A stretch of 60,000 nucleotides of DNA from Laetmonice hystrix (Eukaryota). Under the pieces are notes generated by a model, which saw only the letters and a list, made by a program, of their open reading frames with translations, did not search any database and was not told where the DNA came from. The DNA is taken from positions 13,270,001-13,330,000 of the forward strand of contig OZ249436.1 of the NCBI GenBank assembly GCA_965235115.1, in the 5' to 3' direction. The position numbers and the translations under genes are program-made. Shown one piece after another: positions 46,501-56,225 of the stretch (positions within the stretch are counted from its first letter, which is position 1; each line of letters starts with the position of its first letter).

Positions 46501-49500
46501 GACTTCCAGGGGGCGTCGTAATACATTCACAGACCGAGCCTTGTTTTTGTACATAATGTGTAATACTAAGATATGACCTTTCTAGGGCTGAGCATTGGTG
46601 GCAGTGGATAGAACAGGTGGTCGCAGAAAGTCTACATGCTCAAGGCAGTGAGGATATCAACACGCAGCGACACCTGCTGGGAGAGGCCAGACTGAGGCAG
46701 GTGCGAGATCGACCAGGTGAGCCTCGCGGCGTTTCCCTGTCATTAACATGATCATGATGGACCCGATATAGTACCTTTGTCGTCCAGATCGGGCGTTGTG
46801 AAAGCATATTCTTGGTGAATGTTCAATTTTAGAGGCCAGTCGATGTTGATGTTTCCCCGTTTCTTATCCAGTGGAGTGTCACGTGACCCATCCTTTGAGC
46901 AAGATGTCTGCTGGCTATCTTGTCCGCCATGGTTGTTATGGAAACCCCGGAAGGATGGAGGAAACGTCAGATTTTGATTATGGTTGGTTGCCTGGCAACA
47001 GTAACGCGTCGTGGGTGTACAGTTCGCCATCATCGGCTCTCGGGTACGTGTGTAATTGAAGTCGTATACAGAGACGTTTGACGCCACGACACCTAAAAAT
47101 GCTTCTGGAATCTTTGTGGTCCTCTGTATTATCGAGCTGTGGTCCTCAACCACGCGAAACAGGAATGTCTGTTAAATAAAGTGACTGGAATCTTAATTTG
47201 TGTCACTTTTTGCTTCGTAAGCCACTAGATTTTAAGACCTTGTTTTATAGATGAAGCAAAACTACTCATAGTTGGATCAATAAATGTAAATGTAGTTATC
47301 ATTATGTTTTCATTTAATGTGTGACGTGTGTCACAGACAGCCACAGATTGGTCTAACCGTGGTGTTGTCTGGTTTACAGTGAGGAGTTCTGGGGTCAAGC
47401 GGGGTCATACAGTGGAGGTGGGTACGTACAGGGTCTGGGTGAGACGGTGTCGGATACACTGTCCGTCATCAGTACACTCCGTCAGGCCAACTGGACTGAC
47501 CGCAGGTATACACTGAATACACATACTCATCTTGTATAAGCGGTAAATGGTTCAACAGGATTAGCTTGCAAGTGATCAAGTTTTTCTTGAGATTACAATA
47601 CCTAGACATGCCTGCTTTATTAAAGAGTGGCTCTATAGTTCACTGCACCAAAAATACTATTCATTTAATAAATATATGTTTATATAATGTGTTCCGTTTG
47701 AATGTATGTCAGTTGAACATTTGATGCTATTTTCCCCGTGCAGTACGCGTGCTGTGTTTCTGGAGGCCAATTTCTACACGCCACCAATGGACCTACACAC
47801 GGCACTGAGGATGGTGGTCGAGTTTCCCGTCACAGGTAACATTCCAAATAACTTTCAAATGTCTCCGCCCATCTGATGTTTTGTTTGAAGAAGACTGCTA
47901 CACGGTCTTCTTTTTGTAGAAATCATTTTGTCGCTATGAGGTAGACTAATCTTTCTATGATCTATATTTCTATTCTAAATCTTTTGTTAGGTGGCGTGTT
48001 GACGACGTCAGAGATCCAAACCTTCCAGTTACAAACGACACGGGCTGGACAAGTCAACGCTCTCATGATCTTCATTGTAAGTCAATGGTCACTTAAGTTA
48101 TTCACATTTTCTCAGAGCCTTTCTGCTTTGAAACCTGAATGATTGCACCGAAGCTGACACTTTGGGAATAGAGTTGTATGATTTGCTCACGTTTCTCGAT
48201 GTTACAGGTAATCCTATCACTGATCTGGGTCTATATGATCTCTGTCGTGGTCTATGGCCTCCGTCGCCATAGTTACCGTTATTTCTTTACCTTGTGGCAC
48301 TGGATGGAGGTTACCATGGTAGTGATAGTACTCACTGTCATTGTCGTGTACGCCCACCGCACCGTCAAAGACAATACTGCGCATGCGCGCTACCTCAGCG
48401 ACCGGAAAGTTTTCTCCAGTTTCTTCCCGAATGTTAGCGTCTTCCGTAGTTGGAAGATCGCGACCGGCTTATTGGTGTTCTTCATGACTGTTTGGGTAAG
48501 TCTCTAGGCATGGTCTACTCATAGACTGCTCATAATCGTGTACCCCCTTTTACATGTTTGTGTGTGATGATGACACTATCATAGACCATCATGCGATATG
48601 CATACATAATATGCTTTCTGTTTCAATTTGTTGTAAATAAACTGAACTATAGTAAAGACTAAACCTGGCAAATACTTGGCATTTGTTTAATTTCTGACCT
48701 GAATAAATATGTGCATGACCTTCATCTGTAAAATGATGAAACATGATCATGATATTTGCCCCCAGTTGGTGAGAATGATGCGCTTTATAAAGTGGATGTC
48801 TGTGTACGGAAGGACGTTCCACGCCAGTTCTTACAGTTTGACAGGCTGTGGACTTATCTTGGTTCTCATCTGCTTGGCATATTCTCATCTCGGTTACTTG
48901 GTATGGAACCTTTACTTGTCTTTGTCACATTAACCTAAATTTGAAGATGTTTTGTTATGCATGGTTAGGGTTAAGAAAAGTGTTTTGAAGAGTGCGTGTG
49001 GGGGTTTGTTTCAGTGGTTCGGGTCAGTGATTGCTGCCTTCCGTACCTTTGGCTCGACGTTCGTCACCCTTGTCGTAATGATTCGGGGTCGGTCGGACCA
49101 GACGTTCAGTGAGATGGCCGACCTAAACGGTCCGTTCACCGGTCTGTTTGTGTTCACGTTCACGGTGGCCACTCTGGGTGTGGTGATGGGGTTGGTGATT
49201 GGCGTGCTTACCCACACCTTCAGGCTGGTTCGTCTACAGATGTTCTATCACACCACCATCGACATGCATGATTACGAGATGATTGACTTCATGATGAAAC
49301 GGTTGAAGAAATACATCGGCCTAACCAAGCCTAAACCGGTGAGCGAGACGCTCATACCTAGTCTATGTCACACGTGGACCCTTGGCTAGATAGTGCGGTT
49401 TAAGAAAAGTTTGGAGGAGGGGTAGGAGTAAATCTCGAATTGTGTGAAATTACAAGTAAAGTTACGTTTAAATAGACTCTAGTGGACATGGTCAGGGTCG

Positions 49501-50682
49501 TGGGCCATTCAGCTGTTCCGTTCTGATGTTGGGTATCTTATCGTTCTGAATGTGAGGCCTACATATGTTTAATCTGACGCCAATCGTTCCCTTATTGCCC
49601 CCTTTGGTGTGCCCATTTAACCGAGCAGTGTATTTTTTTGTCCCCTACAGGCGTTCCGTCGGGTTAAGTTCCAGGGCATGCCGTCCATCTCGAGCCGGAG
49701 TTCGGGCTCCAGTCGGACAGGGCTCTCCCAGAGCCTCCTCTCCAGCGGGAGTTACGACGCGTTCGGCTTCGACGGCCTGGATGAGGAACAAAACTACCTG
49801 GAGGAACTCCTGGAGAGATGTGTGCCCACGTGGAACCGCATGCTGGAGAAACTGGAGCGAGTGCTGTGGTTGGACAGGGACGTGGCGCGCCTGGAGAGTG
49901 CCGTCATTCAGAACGTCGGTCTCGTCATGATGCGTAGAAAACAAAACGGCATCTTACCAAACATCCGGGAACTGGGGCGGGTAGCCATGGGACGAATCGT
50001 GGGTGCGCGGGGTTCCAGGTGCCACCGCTCCAACTCAGAGTCACTCATGACGGAGATGAGAGCGAAGCAAATCCGAGAAGCTCTCAACGCCGAGTTGGCA
50101 GAGATGGAACATAAAGTAGTAGCAGACGTAGAAACCCCAGTGCTGGGTAGGAAGCCCAAGAGTATGAGTTTTACCGAGGGCCGAGGGGACGGCCTAGGCC
50201 TGTCCCTAGGAGTGCCCGTGATCAGTGTCCAGAAGCCCATATCGAGTGTTGTAACTGTGATGGAGAACAAGGGAATACCCGGTATTGGAGCTAACAGGAT
50301 GCCAGGGCAGAGGCCCCCAGTACAACCGAGGCCCTTCAACACTTCGGCCGGTCCACGCCGGGGCTCGGGACGTCGTGGATCATCGGAAATGTGGTCGTCC
50401 TTCAGACCGGGTCAGGGGCCCAGAGACTCGGGTTCGGGCGACAGTAGGAGGGCCAGAACCAACAGCGAAAACCTGGCTTCTAAAATACACGTTGCAGAAA
50501 GGAGAAGACAGCAGAAAACAGAGCAGCAGAGGCCTTCCGGGAATAGGGCTGCCAGACCTGACGCTAAGCCACCGCTTCCATACGCCACTGCCGCACGACG
50601 TCCAGTCAGTGAACAGTCGGACCGGGTCAAGAGAAACCCTAGCTTAGGCCTACCGCTCCCGAAACAGCAAGGACAGTTCTAA
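16252..50682 (+). CDS. PKD1: Polycystin-1 (PKD1-type), complete, about 43 exons, about 4,930 aa
   Basis: Exons read by hand: 16252-16505, 19357-19428, 20371-20442, 20714-20785, 21042-21113, 25362-25537, 25741-26397, 26584-26766, 27124-27321, 27486-27675, 27886-28115, 28270-28404, 28494-28631, 28724-33531, 33640-33798, 33922-34398, 34655-34815, 35116-35227, 36021-36215, 36471-37405, 37594-37849, 38120-38315, 38723-39031, 39340-39520, 39673-39826, 40011-40181, 40301-40384(?), 40515-40628(?), 41830-41973, 43368-43471, 43846-44373, 44618-45146, 45422-45526, 45789-46030, 46586-46716, 46872-47043, 47380-47505, 47744-47835, 47991-48076, 48208-48495, 48766-48900, 49015-49338, 49651-50682 (sum 14,799 nt, phases consistent). 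The LRR-WSC-PKD-CTL-PKDn-REJ-GPS-PLAT-11TM order and PKD1-specific motifs (IRLQVYR, RFSRVQRVTCC, GFALLQAREEGRKVRRMH, FRRVKFQGM) point to PKD1 itself rather than PKD1L/REJ. Confidence 0.93.
17797..17973. repeat. Tandem repeat, 3 x 59 bp, in PKD1 intron 1
   Basis: cgattaactgttcacggcaatgataaaccaaggactc...gaaacgagtggcccagt at 17797, 17856, 17915. Confidence 0.9.
19357..21113 (+). CDS. PKD1: PKD1 exons 2-5: four 72-nt single-LRR exons
   Basis: 19357-19428 (FLTGNNIHSVPTDSFQGLAKMETL), 20371-20442 (DLRNNSISTLHPNVFQPLTNLKVL), 20714-20785 (RLSGNDLHTLPSNIFAGRSSLNHL), 21042-21113 (SLSNNSFTQLDFTVFEPLSALQQL); all phase 2-2; LxLxxNxI/L consensus. Confidence 0.9.
23051..23124 (-). other. Degenerate tRNA-like (Pol III A/B box) segment inside the Academ-like element
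   Basis: Minus strand reads ...cAGCTGAGTGGgtagcatgccccacctaaaggctggagaccatGGGTCCGAATTCCacc, an A-box and a B-box-like motif at tRNA spacing; the cloverleaf is not intact. Confidence 0.4.
23552..24087. mobile_element. Nested MITE with TTAA target-site duplication (Kolobok-like)
   Basis: ttaa|AGGGGCATGCTATGA ... TCATAATATGCCCCT|ttaa; 13/15 TIR match; 536 bp. Confidence 0.8.
25362..26397 (+). CDS. PKD1: PKD1 exons 6-7: LRRCT, WSC domain, first PKD domain
   Basis: LSGNPWHCDC...LPTCLTP (LRRCT); ECDMECSKLG...YCLCG (WSC); YTWDFHDG...HNF...YPVTV (PKD). Confidence 0.92.
26584..28115 (+). CDS. PKD1: PKD1 exons 8-11: two tandem C-type lectin-like domains
   Basis: CTL1: CPVGWYQYKWNQC...AVEECALRKATLV / YRWNS...DCVAL...DCGSVENFICH; CTL2: SWSQANTVCRSLNAQLATVDS / LWLGLQD...WQDGS...QCV...WRTSRCDEPKPFLCQ. 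Confidence 0.85.
28724..33531 (+). CDS. PKD1: PKD1 giant exon (4,808 nt): Cys-rich region, PKD repeat array, start of REJ
   Basis: Contains ORF 28882-33600; repeated WTFGDG/IDYGDG/WDFGDG and A.N.VS motifs; LDGSRSYDPD REJ motif; cag|gtaaga donor. Confidence 0.95.
33640..37849 (+). CDS. PKD1: PKD1 exons 15-21: REJ/GAIN and GPS autoproteolysis site (HL^T at 37784-37792)
   Basis: NHPPSGGRC, CEDWVDPD, NPFSF...VTSQVVSILF, CAYYNLREDSWRTDGC...VCESDHLTLFGG. Confidence 0.92.
35280..35778. repeat. Intronic minisatellite, about 12 x 41 bp
   Basis: acagaaacacggcaaacacaatggacctcacaggggttca(c/t), starting about 55 nt after the 35227 donor. Confidence 0.95.
38120..39826 (+). CDS. PKD1: PKD1 exons 22-25: TM1, PLAT/LH2 domain, TM2-3
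   Basis: VVLILVAVIAGLYIVVAFWA; YEVTVVTGRKRGAGTTSNVGLKMYG...HIWHDNTGKRPEWYL...FLANDWL; HVWLSVWDRPPRSRFSRVQRVTCC. Confidence 0.95.
41282..41512. repeat. Intronic tandem repeat, about 6 x 37 bp
   Basis: gcgtaatgttacacctgttgactggcaat(t/c)ggtcata. Confidence 0.92.
42208..43326. mobile_element. Foldback-type non-autonomous TIR element with internal short palindromic subrepeats
   Basis: tatggtgtgccaagtgtt ... aacacttggcaccccata termini; inverted arms rich in cgaaattataatttcg and gaaattctttttcg motifs; superfamily undetermined. Confidence 0.8.
44618..49338 (+). CDS. PKD1: PKD1 exons 32-42: TM4-5, TOP (polycystin) domain and TM6-11 channel-like region
   Basis: LLPHSCIYIAY...LKWLLAFFISVLDSVFILEPLKV; LLGEARLRQVR; GSYSGGGYVQGLG; NWTDRSTRAVFLEANFY; TRP-like S5-pore-S6. 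Confidence 0.93.
46015..46490. repeat. Tandem repeat, 9 x 52 bp, each unit copying a PKD1 exon end and its 5' splice site
   Basis: tctactccattcacca|gtgagtccctctaagggggctaacgttgggttgatt; the first unit overlaps the end of exon 45789-46030. Confidence 0.96.
49651..50682 (+). CDS. PKD1: PKD1 last exon: cytoplasmic tail
   Basis: ccctacag| acceptor; AFRRVKFQGMPSISSRSS resembles the PC1 FRHKVRFEGM motif; helical segment LEELLERC...LEKLERV...VARLE; stop taa at 50680-50682. Confidence 0.92.
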   Translation, partial: AFRRVKFQGMPSISSRSSGSSRTGLSQSLLSSGSYDAFGFDGLDEEQNYLEELLERCVPTWNRMLEKLERVLWLDRDVARLESAVIQNVGLVMMRRKQNGILPNIRELGRVAMGRIVGARGSRCHRSNSESLMTEMRAKQIREALNAELAEMEHKVVADVETPVLGRKPKSMSFTEGRGDGLGLSLGVPVISVQKPISSVVTVMENKGIPGIGANRMPGQRPPVQPRPFNTSAGPRRGSGRRGSSEMWSSFRPGQGPRDSGSGDSRRARTNSENLASKIHVAERRRQQKTEQQRPSGNRAARPDAKPPLPYATAARRPVSEQSDRVKRNPSLGLPLPKQQGQF

Positions 50683-50943
50683 CCACATAGCTAGGCCTAT
50701 AGAGTGATGTTATTTATGGCCGCGGCTCATGAGAACATAGGCACTAGTCGAGAGTTTAAACCTCAGTGATGCGACATGGACGCCAGAGCGTGGCCCGACC
50801 TTACGGTGCCAACGTTTTCTCTTCTAGAGATGAAAAAAAATATGTGATGGCTTCCAGCCCCAGTAGGGCTGTGTATCATCGATTTGTGATATTTTATTTA
50901 AGTGTCGCCTCTTTTCATTTGAAGTACACGGACACGGCCAGGA

Positions 50944-51100
50944 GTTTTACTAGATTGACAAACAAGCCGCTTGGGTCGTGGCGTCGTGTTACGTTCACGT
51001 ACCAAAACAGCGCGGTTATCAGAAAGTTTTACTAGATTGACAAACAAGCCGCTTGGGTCGTGGCGTCTTTGTTACGTTCACGTACCAGAACAGCGCGGTT
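50944..51100. repeat. Two-copy direct duplication (about 80 bp) in the PKD1 3' UTR region
   Basis: gttttactagattgacaaacaagccgcttgggtcgtggcgtc...acagcgcggtta occurs twice. Confidence 0.85.
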
Positions 51101-54100
51101 AACGGAACAGGGCAGCATGAGACAACATTTAGTAATTATATTATTTTTACCTTGTACTGGGTCGAGTCAAGACCCCTCGTGACTCCTTAACCTTTGGTTA
51201 TATGAGACGGTACTACTGTAAACTGGTACGATATAGGAGGCCAACATGTATTGGATCATGTACAAACTGTCAATCACCCAGACTGTGAGGTCATTTTATC
51301 TGAGGATGTCCCGGCGTGATATTCACTTCATTGTTGGACAGTATAGGACGGTCGTCAATAGGCGAAAGTATACAAGTCTCGAGCGAGGAAACATAGGAAA
51401 GTATCTGTAATAACGGGGTGTAGTTGTCTTTATGTTATGGTCCCTGCAAATATCATTATGTATCTCTATCACCATTACGGCACTTGACATTATGCTTTCT
51501 GACACTATGACGACGTTGCAAAACGTGATCACTATGTTTACCTGATTTGTACAAAAGTCGTGTACATTGTGTAAATAGTAATACGTGTACAGGTATATAA
51601 AAGCCACGAGTAGTTGGGGATTATATGTGCGTCAAGAGTAAGAAGATACCATGTTGCATTTCAGTTATTCCATTCCTGTTATGTCGTGATATATATAGCG
51701 TGATAAACGCAGTGCTTACCGTTAGGCACTCAGATAGCTGTGATTCACCACCTACGAATCCGTGTCCATCTGATCACGTGTTGGGACGAAAATGCTCGAA
51801 AACTCACTGAGGATATGTTTATAATATTTTCTATTTATGTTCACACGCATCCCTCTGTGTAAAATGACTGTCCGATCACTGGTTCGATACATAATGACAA
51901 ACGTATCTCATCCTGCGCTGTGCCTGTATCTTCCCAACGTTTGAAATCACCGTTAGTTGTGAAAGGCGTGCCAACATGTTTAGATGTTGTTATATCGTAG
52001 ACAAAGTCCACCCATGTTGCCTTTATTCCGACAGTATTACGGACAAATCAAACTGTGATATTATATCGCCCTTGATAATGCGTTCATGGAGGTTTCCTTG
52101 GAGGTTAGTTAAACATTCTGAAAATTGAAGTTTCTGGGTAATTGTCATTTCATACGTAGTTCTAGATTAAAGTCAGACATGATGACCAGTGCACATTGAA
52201 TCTGTGCAGTTAAACCATAGTATCACACTGAGGAACACATAAGTTTAATGTATCGTGTCTTACATCTTTTAACACATATACAATCGTTTGGTAGGGGGAA
52301 ATCAACATTACTTTTGCTGACTGATTTTGTTTTACATAATAACTCTCGTGTGTTTCCCATCGGGACCTGATGTGATGATCTGTGATTTTAAACGGACTCT
52401 CTATTATAAAAGGTTCAGCCAAAGGTTTTTCGACTCTGTGACTGTTTTCTCTCTATTTATAAATGCTAATGTCAACGGATTTATTGTTTATATGTATGTA
52501 TTATGTTAGGCATATGATGCCTTTCTTGGTTATTTTATAAGACACGGGACCACTCATTGTGCGCACGTTTGTTATTGATAGGTATAAGCGTTGTCCGATC
52601 TCTTAGTATGGAAAGATGCTAAGATTTCTTTTTGCAACCATACTGATAAAGTGTGATTGAACTGAGGGGCCATCGAATAGTGTTACTTTATGGATAATCC
52701 GATCAGAAAAAAATATAGGGTAACGAGCATAACAGAACTTTCCAATGCCAAAACGTATACAGTGTGTGAGATGACCCGGGCGATGTGCCCTAGTCTGACT
52801 AACTACCTCATCCATTATGGATTCGAACATGGACGTTCGATTTTCATTTGTCATGGTTACGGATACTATATTTTCGTATGAATGTTAGAAGTTGAATGAT
52901 ACATTTTCCCTCTAAATAGTATAAGACGGTGAACAGCGGTCTCTATTTTCATAAGGACTTCTATATACATGTAGCACCATTTGTATAGCCGGGCGGATTG
53001 GAAGGCGATGCAGACCTGTGTACTCATGTAAGGCCCTAAGTCTGCAAACACATGCATGTACAGTACACTGAACAAGAATGATGCGGTTACAAGTTGTCAT
53101 TTCCTGTTAATCGACACCTAACATGTGACAAATAAATCGCTCAACGATGCCATCATTTTGGTTGAATAAAATGAATGTTTGGAAAATATATTTTGTCTGG
53201 TTTCTTTCCTGATAAAGAGTCCACTGTAGACGAATACAGGTATCCCACAGTTCGACATTGATCCTGTGATACCACACTGTCCCTCCTCGATACAAGGGCG
53301 CTACCTGACGGCAAATATCACATTTTATTGTATGCGCATTCCATCTGCCAGTGCCGTTCAGGGGGTGCCATACGGTGATCCGTATAGTACGATAGTTCTG
53401 ATTTCGGTGTCGTGCCGTATTCATGCATCAGGCACCTCTTTCCATACTTTCCGCCGTAAAGGACCCTCATCCACGTCACGTGTTTATAAAGGGCGCAGAG
53501 TGGATCAGCGATTAACGGCCAACACCCTTGGTAAAGCGGCAAAAACCGGAGGCCAGGGTCCTTTAATATTTAAGCAATCCCCCCGGCTACTGCATCAAAT
53601 CTAGGTCTCGCAATTTGAAACCTGTAATAGCGGTACACTGAAAACTGATTGATAGACGGTGATTTGTAGACGGTCACGCCTAGTATAAAGAAACCAGAGA
53701 AATCCCTCCACCAGCAAGAAACAATAGGTGTTAGAATAGGGGTCAATCTTATAGCATTGGGCGAGCCAGTATTTCTAAGGACCTTTAGAGGGAGGATAGG
53801 CGTAATTTTATTAATCGGGAAATACAAAGGAAAATAACATACTTAATTTCCGTAGCCGCGTAAAGAGCCGTTCATTTATGCTCAAACATCACATAGGTAA
53901 AAAGTAGTAAGGAGATGCATTAAATACTTTTTAAAAAATAACGAAAAGAAACATTTGTGTAAACTTCCATTTATTGGAAATACCGATAGAAAACTGCAGT
54001 TATTAGTTGATAATGCATGACAAGCATGTGTAGTAATAAATACATGTATGGGGAGAGAGGTGCCACCTTCTGTCACATAGATCCTTCACACGGAGCTGCC

Positions 54101-55554
54101 CCATAGTCTGCCTCCACACGTTATGTCTGAAGGTCTACTGTACCTCGGAGATCAAACCTAAAGCCTATCAACCAGGCACGACGCGTACGTGGACCAAACA
54201 TCCACACTCGATACGTGCATCACGTGATCCTCTCCGGCCAATCACAACAACGCTTAGGGCACGACCATAGCAACCAATCGACGTGTTTCCAACCCACTCA
54301 ACATCTCGGTCACGACACCCTGGTTGTTGCCCAGTCGACCTATACATTCTGTCTCAAACCATGTTCTTATACTACTTGGACAGTCGCTTTGCTTTGGGCA
54401 CCGCCCAGTGCTTGTTGGTCATTTCAGCACAGAGAAAAACCGACGTTAGCACATGGAACTTTATGGCCTACAACGATATCTAAACATAAAAGATACATGC
54501 TACAGCCTGAACTGATTGGTTCCACGTCGATCTCCGATTGTATCCTGGGCATTAAGCTATAGTTAGCGAGTCTTTGATACTTTGAGGCACAGAGTCGTAC
54601 CTAAGTGACATGCCTTTCTCCCAAGCGGGTAGCAAATGGAACTCTTCCTGTTACACGAATGTCGATGATGGGGTCAAGGTTAAATGGACAACATCACTGG
54701 ATGTTTGGGTGTAGGTATAGGATTGAACAGCCACACGGAACATTGTCACCGATATGTGTGCGTTACAACGTGAATACCATGCTCCAAGGTCACAGATATA
54801 CAACCAAGGCTGCTCCATGTTAGCACTGATAGCTTACAATGTTCGCACCCGTCCATCACACATGATACCAGCAATCGGAGCTGAGCAAAGATGACGTTCA
54901 CAAGAACACGTCCACACTGGGGATGGTGAACTACGCAATGATCACTTTATTGACTGCCGATATCCTGTATCCTCATACATGTCAAATTACGTCCACAACA
55001 CCTCCGGATCCACTGCTCAGTATGGGTATTTCATGAGGCGGCACCCGGCACTACACCCGCAATCATTCTTACAATAGTTATGTAAGCTTCAGGTATCTCA
55101 TGGGATCATATAATTGTTTTAGTTGGACAGGTGTCTGCCCAATGTTTTATAAAACGGGGCACACATATTTGCTTCCCTGAAAGCAGGTGGTCGCTATAAA
55201 TGTCTATTTGAAACAAATATATCATTTTGTAATGATATTAATGGTAACGAAGAGTACAACAAAAAAGTCATGTATTTTTGAAACACAAGTTCTCCTAGCA
55301 GTCCGATAATATAAAGTTACTTTTTCATACTTATTTAGCATAAATACATCTGTATTTCTAATAGGTTGCAATATACAGCATTCAAAGAAAATCATACTGT
55401 AATAATATCATGCATATTATAAACTCTTGAAGATGTACTTAGAACATGGTCACTGTATCAGGTATAATCTAAGCTGAGGTTTGGTCCTGGGGCCTCCAAT
55501 CCCATGTGACCCATAGTGTTTGAGTCACACAAGTCGAGAAAAAAAAGTGCATAA

Positions 55555-56225
55555 AACCTATTCCTTCTGTCATGCCTGCTGACAGGCGCATTGTGTCATG
55601 GAATAACCTATTCCTTCCGCCAACGGTCATGCCTGCTGACAGCCGCATTGTGTCATGGAATAACCTTTTCCTTCCGCCAACGGTCATGCCTGCTGACAGC
55701 CGCATTGTGTCATGGAATAACCTATTCCTTCCGCCAACGGTCATGCCTGCTGACAGGCATTGTGTCATGGAATAACCTATTCCTTCCGCCAACGGTCATG
55801 TCTGCTGACAGGCATTGTGTCATGGAATGACCTATTCCTTCCGCCAACGGTCATGCCTGCTGACAGCCGCATTGTGTCATGGAATAACCTTTTCCTTCCG
55901 CCAACGGTCATGCCTGCTGACAGCCGCATTGTGTCATGGAATAACCTATTCCTTCCGCCAACGGTCATGCCTGCTGACAGGTGCATTGTGTCCTGGAATG
56001 ACCTATTCCTTCCGCCAACGGTCACGCCTGCTGACAGGTGCATTGTGTCATGGAATAACCTATTCCTTCCGCCAACGGTCATGTCTGCTGACAGGCATTG
56101 TGTCATGGAATGACCTATTCCTTCCGCCAACGGTCATGCCTGCTGACAGGTGCATTGTGTCATGGAATGACCTATTCCTTCCGCCAACGGTCACGCCTGC
56201 TGACAGGTGCATTGTGTCATGGAAT
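55555..56225. repeat. Minisatellite, about 12 units of 55/57 bp
   Basis: ataacctattccttccgccaacggtcatgcctgctgacag(cc/gt/-)gcattgtgtcatgga. Confidence 0.95.

Noticed and set aside
2172..56225. Tandem arrays as CRISPR arrays
   Set aside because: Units are contiguous with no unique spacers, there are no cas genes, and the context is eukaryotic intron DNA
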